64,000 nucleotides of DNA. Origin: a virus. This document shows, in pieces, positions 58,421 through 64,000 of the stretch. The stretch is from UHGV virus genome UHGV-0212524; one strand, given 5' to 3'. The position numbers and the translations under genes are program-made. Each line of letters begins with the position of its first letter. Within the stretch, counting starts at the first letter, position 1. The notes below the pieces were generated by a model, which was not told the DNA's origin, did no database searches, and saw nothing but the letters and a program-made list of their open reading frames with translations.

Positions 58421-58449
58421 CTAACTTGTTCTATTAAGGACCTAAGATA

Positions 58450-58980
58450 ATGGCCGCTACTAACCAGATGATGTTGGTCGCGCTTTATAATGCTGCTAAC
58501 GCTGAGCTACCGCATCAGATTACAGATAAAGAAGTGTCCTTTGGTCTCCCTACTGCGCTGGAAGGCGAAAGTAAGAATACCAAAGTTACCATGACCGCAC
58601 TACCGGGTTCTGAGAATTTCAAAGGCGAAATCGAACTGCATTACGATCGTCTGGAGCCGGGTGTTGTAGGACGGATTGAACTAACTGACGATCTGTCTCG
58701 TTGGGTTCAAGAAAATGAACTCCGCGCTTGGTTACAGCTATACATCAACAAAGTAAAACCTGACGACGCTATCGCGCCAGGTGACGTTGTGTACAGCACC
58801 GAAGACCAGAAAGACGAACATGAAAACGTCACTCTGCGTACCGTGACATGCACCGTTACTGAACAGAACCTCCGTTATAAACCGGGTGTAATGGCAACTT
58901 TCGTAATTACACCGAAGGTAGTCGATAATCGTATTGACCTGGCCACCACCGACGGTGAATTGGACGGTTTTACTGCTTAA
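58450..58980 (+). CDS. paralog-family protein (176 aa), paralog of 57844..58380
   Basis: NTKVTMTALPGSENFKGEIELHYDRL and C-terminal ELDGFTA. Confidence 0.6.
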   Translation: MAATNQMMLVALYNAANAELPHQITDKEVSFGLPTALEGESKNTKVTMTALPGSENFKGEIELHYDRLEPGVVGRIELTDDLSRWVQENELRAWLQLYINKVKPDDAIAPGDVVYSTEDQKDEHENVTLRTVTCTVTEQNLRYKPGVMATFVITPKVVDNRIDLATTDGELDGFTA

Positions 58981-59000
58981 CCGCTAAGTCAACTACTATA

Positions 59001-59052
59001 ACAAAAAATAATAAGTTTACCTACCTCCTTTACGGAGGTAGGTATTTTTTAT
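59001..59052. terminator. bidirectional terminator marking the boundary of the reverse-strand island
   Basis: TACCTACCTCC-TTTAC-GGAGGTAGGTA hairpin with A-tract upstream and T-tract downstream. Confidence 0.8.
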
Positions 59053-59723
59053 TCTAATCCCATTTCCAGCGCAAGTGCACGGATCGTGTCGTAGTCACGC
59101 TGTTCGGCGTACTGACGAATTTCACTTTTCTGGGCAGACATCGCGTTGTGTAGCTGTTGGTCACGTTTCACAATAGCCGCCATTAACGCTTTACATTGCT
59201 CCAGCGTAAACGGTTCTATACGTGTATTCGACGTGTCCAGCCAATAATCCGGTGCAGTTTCAGACTGGATATATTGACCCAGCATCTGACGAGAGGTTTC
59301 ATCCGCTTGGAAATGATGGCCGTCAACTTCGATATAACCGTGACGCTGGTCTTCGTATCGGTGTTCAATTTCCAACATGATTTTCTGGATATCTAAATAG
59401 ATATAGCGAGACGTCGAGCGCATATTCGAACGAATCTCGTCCAGGTTAATCTCCAGAACGTCAGTAATGAATTCTTTTGCTTTGTTCAGTGTAAACTTCG
59501 CCTCAATAGGAGACATTTCGTAAGTTTGCATCTGAGCTAAAGCTTCTTCATCACTCATCCCTTCAATCAACTTATAGTGCAGTAATGCACAGAACCCCGT
59601 ACGACCACGGTCTTCGTTACCTACACGTTCCATGTAGTTACCGTGGCGGTCAATTGGCAGATCGTGCGCGAAATAACGCGCCCGAATCTCTTCTTTCGTT
59701 AAGCTTTTGTTAGAAGCAGACAT
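59049..59723 (-). CDS. hypothetical protein (224 aa), last gene of the radical-SAM island
   Basis: minus-strand ORF co-oriented with the radical SAM genes. Confidence 0.5.
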   Translation of the reverse strand: MSASNKSLTKEEIRARYFAHDLPIDRHGNYMERVGNEDRGRTGFCALLHYKLIEGMSDEEALAQMQTYEMSPIEAKFTLNKAKEFITDVLEINLDEIRSNMRSTSRYIYLDIQKIMLEIEHRYEDQRHGYIEVDGHHFQADETSRQMLGQYIQSETAPDYWLDTSNTRIEPFTLEQCKALMAAIVKRDQQLHNAMSAQKSEIRQYAEQRDYDTIRALALEMGLE

Positions 59724-60265
59724 TCTTCTTCTCCAACCATACCTAATTCTTGCAGCAAGCCAAAATCAACCAACTGGAAGGTTTCAGAGAGATCGTTTGA
59801 CCACACCACGTTTGCAATGTCGCGTTCTTCATCCGTTAACTGTGGTAACACATTTTCGTTGAACGTCTGATGCTCTACGTAATAAGCATCGTAGATAGAC
59901 GTAGAACGCAAGCAACGGATTGGCAGACGCGGGAAAGACACCGCTAATGCAGCAATAGATGCGCTACTCGGATTCTCCGCAGAATAACGAAGCAATTCGA
60001 TCTTGTGGCGTGGGTAATCCAGTACGCGTTGTTCGAAACCCGGATTACGTTTTTCGATTTCCACAACGGACTCATGGCCTGTCTCTGTACAGTAAACGGG
60101 AATCATCACGTTTAGCCCGTACTTAATCAACAGAGGTTTAATCTCATCTGTAAAGTCTTCACCAGGGATAATGGCGTGAACGTTATAGAGTTTGTGTTTG
60201 CGCAGAAAACGCTCAACCAGGTGGAGTTTACGCTTCGTAAAATTGTGGATCAGAATTGATTTCAT
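59699..60265 (-). CDS. hypothetical protein (about 188 aa)
   Basis: minus-strand ORF; ATG at 60265 preferred (GAGG RBS) over 60289. Confidence 0.5.
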   Translation of the reverse strand: MKSILIHNFTKRKLHLVERFLRKHKLYNVHAIIPGEDFTDEIKPLLIKYGLNVMIPVYCTETGHESVVEIEKRNPGFEQRVLDYPRHKIELLRYSAENPSSASIAALAVSFPRLPIRCLRSTSIYDAYYVEHQTFNENVLPQLTDEERDIANVVWSNDLSETFQLVDFGLLQELGMVGEEECLLLTKA

Positions 60266-61562
60266 TATTTGCCTCAGTAGGTTGTGCATTTAACGCACGT
60301 TTAGCTTGCTCACGCTCACGCGTACATTTCGGACAGTAACAAACAGACGAATCGTGCAGTGACGATGCGTGGACGGTGCCTGTACGTTGACGCCAGTATT
60401 CTGCCGCCATCAGTTTTGCGGTCGTCCAACCACATTGACGTCGTTCAGCGTGGTACGCCTTACGGTCTTCCAGTGTCCCTTCACCGTTTTCGTAGGAAGC
60501 AGCTGCACAGCTCCCACAACCGTGTTTCATCGGACAACCTAAGCACGTTTCAGGATAGTTGGTGTATTGCGTCTGAATCTCTTCCAGCAGTTTCCCGCCG
60601 TCTAAGCTAACAAACTCACGACCGACTAACTCAAACACCGCAGAGCGTGACGTTACCGTTGACATGAATCGGTTACAACCATACACCTTACGGTCAAAAC
60701 CTAAACAAGTCATAAACGTCAACGTCCCACAGAACGGACGTAAACGTTCAGGGTTATAACGGTGCGTGTCGTCGTACAGCAGTTTATCACGCCAATCTGG
60801 GTCCCAAATCTGACGGAAATCCAGACCTTCAGGAATGATGTGGGACAACACGTTACGTGGATTGGTGTGCAGCCCTTTCTCAATCCAATAATCCATCACC
60901 TCGATCATCTGCAACGCAATATCCGTTGCCATGCTCCGTGGAAGGATATCTTCGTACGTCACGTTACCCGAAATCGTACCACCACCCGCAATATCGATTA
61001 ACGACTTCATACTCGCCGCGTAATGCGGGAGGGTTTCGGTTGTAAAGGTTGCCTTGATACCCAGTTCAGCAATACCCACTTCTTTTAAGTAGTTATAGCC
61101 ACGAACAGCGGCTTCGTAAGAACCCTGACGCGTCGTGGTAAAGATACGATAACGGTCATGGACTTCTGGCAGCCCGTCGATAGACACACCGATGGAGAGT
61201 TTGTCTTTCCAACGCTCGACGATCTCACGGTTTAACGGACGGTCTAACAACGTCCCGTTCGTGGAGATACTGAACATATACGGTCGATTATGCTCCTTAC
61301 ACAACTGTTCTGCGGTTTCAAACGCCGCTAACAGCAGTTTCGGTTGCATAAAAGGTTCGCCGCCGATGATATCAATAATGACGTCGATGTTCGGAATATC
61401 TTTATCACGCTCAAAACAGGCGTGTAAGAAATCCACGATATCCGCCGCTTTGTTATTACGCGGATACTTACGTTCGTAACAATACTCACAGTCTAAGTTA
61501 CAAGACAGGTTCGTTACCACCTGGTAAGTACGTTGTGAACGTGGTGCTTCATTATTGCTCAT
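60228..61562 (-). CDS. radical SAM enzyme with C-terminal SPASM-like Cys cluster (444 aa), peptide maturase candidate (ScfB/anSME-like)
   Basis: N-terminal CNLDCEYC (CxxxCxxC), IIGGEPFMQ (GGEP), C-terminal TCLGCPMKHGCGSC plus further Cys (QCGW, VCYCPKC). Confidence 0.8.
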   Translation of the reverse strand: MSNNEAPRSQRTYQVVTNLSCNLDCEYCYERKYPRNNKAADIVDFLHACFERDKDIPNIDVIIDIIGGEPFMQPKLLLAAFETAEQLCKEHNRPYMFSISTNGTLLDRPLNREIVERWKDKLSIGVSIDGLPEVHDRYRIFTTTRQGSYEAAVRGYNYLKEVGIAELGIKATFTTETLPHYAASMKSLIDIAGGGTISGNVTYEDILPRSMATDIALQMIEVMDYWIEKGLHTNPRNVLSHIIPEGLDFRQIWDPDWRDKLLYDDTHRYNPERLRPFCGTLTFMTCLGFDRKVYGCNRFMSTVTSRSAVFELVGREFVSLDGGKLLEEIQTQYTNYPETCLGCPMKHGCGSCAAASYENGEGTLEDRKAYHAERRQCGWTTAKLMAAEYWRQRTGTVHASSLHDSSVCYCPKCTREREQAKRALNAQPTEANNEINSDPQFYEA

Positions 61563-62469
61563 CTTTGCTTATCCTTTTACGCTCTGCATAAATCACGCGT
61601 TTAATGTACTCGTAAGCACCTACCCCGATAGAGCAAGCAAGCTGATTGCACCCACCGTTTAAGATAGCCGGTGCATTCTGAAGCTGATGTTCTGTTCCAT
61701 CTGCGTTCAAATACAACTCTTCGCTACAGACATTACACTCGTTTTCGAAAATCTTGCTGACAGACACGCCGCACGATTCTCCGGTTTGGACGTTCAGCCG
61801 TTCCATATTCTCCTGAATCTTTAAATAACCATAAACGAAGTTCATGATGTGATCGGGAGACAACGGTTTTGGCATTTGGGCATCAAACATCAGAGAAAAC
61901 GCACGGGGACGATAGTGGTACATCGCACGATGTAAATCCACAATATCTTCATACCAGCGCTTATCGGCTAACTGGTCACGCGTAATCACAGCCCAGGTTT
62001 GGAAGTTATCGAGTTCGTATAACGCTTCCAGTGCTTCGTGGCTATCCTCTTCAATAAAGCGCATAAAAGGGCGCTCAGAACGTTTGTAGCCATCAATTGA
62101 TACAAACACATGCTCAAAGTCTTTTAGCAGCGTAAGATGCGATTTACGCAGTTTTAAGCCGTTGGTATACAAGTGATGCTCAAGGTGCGGATGAGACACT
62201 TTCAGTTCGTTAACGAAATCCTCAATCTTACGTTGGACGAGTAGCGGTTCACCACCCGTCCAATGTATTTCCTTAATAGCTGGATTCTCTTGTAGTAATT
62301 CCAGGATACGTTCGCGTTGAAAAGCACGAGACGAATCTTCACGATTCATGTAGTAGGCTCCACCGCAGAAACTACAGTCTAGGTTACACTTAGACGTCGT
62401 AACTACGGACAATATAGTGGGTTTATCGTACAACTTCGTCGAGATCCTGGATTCCACATTGTCTATCAT
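61552..62469 (-). CDS. second radical SAM enzyme (305 aa) with C-terminal auxiliary Cys cluster
   Basis: KCNLDCSFCGG (CxxxCxxC), IHWTGGEPLLV (GGEP), C-terminal CGVSVS..ECNVCSE..GGCNQLACSIG. Confidence 0.75.
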   Translation of the reverse strand: MIDNVESRISTKLYDKPTILSVVTTSKCNLDCSFCGGAYYMNREDSSRAFQRERILELLQENPAIKEIHWTGGEPLLVQRKIEDFVNELKVSHPHLEHHLYTNGLKLRKSHLTLLKDFEHVFVSIDGYKRSERPFMRFIEEDSHEALEALYELDNFQTWAVITRDQLADKRWYEDIVDLHRAMYHYRPRAFSLMFDAQMPKPLSPDHIMNFVYGYLKIQENMERLNVQTGESCGVSVSKIFENECNVCSEELYLNADGTEHQLQNAPAILNGGCNQLACSIGVGAYEYIKRVIYAERKRISKDEQ

Positions 62470-62489
62470 TGCAGGTTGCTCCAGTATTT

Positions 62490-63377
62490 TTAAATATAAT
62501 CGATGGCGAATAAAGGATCTTCGTCGAAGTTAACACCGGGTTTTAAAATCAGTGGCGAATTATACGCTTCCAGTAAACGGTTAAGTTCGTTGTAGCGGCT
62601 ATTCATCCGTTTGAGGTCTTCTAAGGTCACAACACGGTCAAGCATCGGCTTAACTGCTTCGGCTTCTTCGTCAGTCAGTTTAACTTTCGACAGCAAGAAG
62701 CTGACGAGTTTGGAAATGTCCGCTTCGGTAGCTGGGCTCTGACCAAAACGTACCTGAACCATATGCTGCATCCACGGTTTACGAATGCGTTTCGTAATCA
62801 CGTGTTCGTCAGTGATGGCTTTCCAAACCGAACGTTCACGAATCCATTCGAACTTATAGCTGTACGCCATTAAGTCGGCCAGATGCGTAATTCCGAGTTC
62901 TTGATAGCCTTCAATATCGATATACGGTTCCGTATCAAAATACTCTTTGGTATCTTTTTCAACCAACGCGTAATAGTTAGGGAACGCACCCAGGTAGTCT
63001 GGACTCCACCAACGACGGGCCATTGGTTTAGCATCGAGTTCTTCAAACGGTGTGAACATAAGTTCTAAGTCAACTGTATTATTTAACACACCGTCGCTAA
63101 AGAAATATTTACCGTCGATAAGTTTACCGCGTTGTGAGTTGTCACCGGTAAAGACAACGATGCTTTCGCCAACCATATCACGAATTTTGAACGTATTCTC
63201 AACCGTAAAGTTGTCACGATTAGCGATATGACGACCACGCACTTTCGGCCATTCCCCAGGAATCATGGCAATTAAGCGTACATCATCAGCAAGATGGTGA
63301 CGTACCGAATCAGGGGAAGAGATGTGAAGTGGATGATTGAACGTTGTCGTATATGCAAGATGTAGATCGTTCTTCAT
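62490..63377 (-). CDS. hypothetical protein (295 aa) between the precursor genes and the radical SAM genes
   Basis: minus-strand ORF in the island; no recognisable motif. Confidence 0.55.
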   Translation of the reverse strand: MKNDLHLAYTTTFNHPLHISSPDSVRHHLADDVRLIAMIPGEWPKVRGRHIANRDNFTVENTFKIRDMVGESIVVFTGDNSQRGKLIDGKYFFSDGVLNNTVDLELMFTPFEELDAKPMARRWWSPDYLGAFPNYYALVEKDTKEYFDTEPYIDIEGYQELGITHLADLMAYSYKFEWIRERSVWKAITDEHVITKRIRKPWMQHMVQVRFGQSPATEADISKLVSFLLSKVKLTDEEAEAVKPMLDRVVTLEDLKRMNSRYNELNRLLEAYNSPLILKPGVNFDEDPLFAIDYI

Positions 63378-63498
63378 TGATTACTCCAATTATTTCACGG
63401 GTAGTATCTTTAGCGTCTAGCTCAGACCCAACATAAACAGCAGCTTTGTTATCAAGGATGGTTTCGAAGGGCTTGGTATGGAACCACCACCAGAAGAC

Positions 63499-63708
63499 TT
63501 ACCTGCCTCCCCCTGCACCTTTACTACAGCTACCACTGCACGCCCAGCTACAACTCCCATTACAGTTATAGTGAGTTAACGGTAATCCTGCCAAGTTATT
63601 CGTTGAGGACACCGTACCCTGATTAGCAATATAGTTATTCGCATCTGTGGTTTTAATGTAGCCTTCAACCTGACCGATTCTGTCTCGAATATTTTTGAGG
63701 GAAATCAC
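63499..63708 (-). CDS. Cys-rich small ORF (69 aa), RiPP precursor candidate
   Basis: GTG start with strong GGAGGT RBS; 46-aa Cys-free leader then C-terminal core HYNCNGSCSWACSGSCSKGAGGGR with C-x3-C spacing. Confidence 0.5.
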   Translation of the reverse strand: MISLKNIRDRIGQVEGYIKTTDANNYIANQGTVSSTNNLAGLPLTHYNCNGSCSWACSGSCSKGAGGGR

Positions 63709-63718
63709 TTCTCACCTC

Positions 63719-64000
63719 CTATCGTCCTGTGCACGACGAGCAGCCACCGGTACAGCTACTGGAGCACGATGCTGTACAGCCGCCCGTACAAGTGCCCGAG
63801 CACGCATTAGCGCACCCACCCGAACAACTCCCCGAACACCCTGAACAGCTACTTGAACACCCTGACGTACAGTTTGCAGAGCATGAAGAACCGCAACCAC
63901 CAGACGCGTTCCCTGTACAGCCACCAGAGCAACTCGAGCAGGTAAAGGAACACGTGCCCGCACAGTCATAATGCGCACGATTCCGACCACCGAACAGGTC
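63719..64000 (-). CDS. Cys-rich repetitive ORF (5' end beyond the window), second precursor candidate
   Basis: hand translation of the minus strand gives ..DLFGGRNRAHYDCAGTCSFTCSSCSGGCTGNASGGCGSSCSANCTSGCSSSCSGCSGSCSGGCANACSGTCTGGCTASCSSSCTGGCSSCTGR-stop; shares HY(N/D)CxGxCS(W/F)xCS and GR-stop with the 69-aa ORF; frame absent from the supplied ORF track. Confidence 0.45.
   Translation of the reverse strand, partial: DLFGGRNRAHYDCAGTCSFTCSSCSGGCTGNASGGCGSSCSANCTSGCSSSCSGCSGSCSGGCANACSGTCTGGCTASCSSSCTGGCSSCTGR

Noticed and set aside
63712-63990. Minus-strand 92-aa Arg/Val/Ala-rich ORF and plus-strand 80-aa Pro/Glu/Gln-rich ORF listed in the ORF track over the repetitive region
   Set aside because: Alternative frames of the same GC-rich repeat. 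The Cys-rich minus frame is preferred because it is paralogous to the adjacent 69-aa Cys-rich ORF and co-oriented with the radical SAM genes; this is inference and could be wrong.
1-64000. CRISPR arrays, integrase/transposase genes, tRNA genes
   Set aside because: No regularly spaced direct repeats with unique spacers, no tyrosine/serine recombinase or DDE motifs and no tRNA-like structures were recognised; the window appears to be a strictly lytic phage segment. Absence is based on visual inspection only.

Overview
Gene-dense 64-kb segment that reads as part of a large virulent phage of an enterobacterial host, tentatively a jumbo phiKZ/SPN3US-like phage (inference only; no database search was possible). 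Most genes are on the + strand in tight operons separated by about 20 clear GC-rich hairpin plus T-tract terminators, several followed by a conserved TATATTAC-containing promoter-like motif. Recognisable content: a strongly codon-biased 761-aa putative major capsid gene; a RuvC-like resolvase; three GNAT acetyltransferase-like genes; a P-loop nucleotide kinase; a Dam-family adenine methyltransferase followed by a very acidic protein; an HslV-like Ntn hydrolase; a 1488-aa long tail fibre with phage-fibre repeats and a C-terminal S74-type chaperone domain, followed by Gly-rich adhesin-like proteins; a lysis cassette (GH108-type endolysin, M15-like peptidase); and a six-member paralogous family. 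No integrase, tRNA or CRISPR array was seen. The most unusual feature is a reverse-strand island at about 59.0-64.0 kb with two radical SAM enzymes (one SPASM-type, 444 aa) beside two tandem Cys-rich (C-x3-C repeat) small ORFs, which looks like a phage-borne SCIFF/ranthipeptide-like RiPP cluster. Also notable is a tandemly duplicated promoter/5' end with a G11 homopolymer upstream of a fibre-module paralog.
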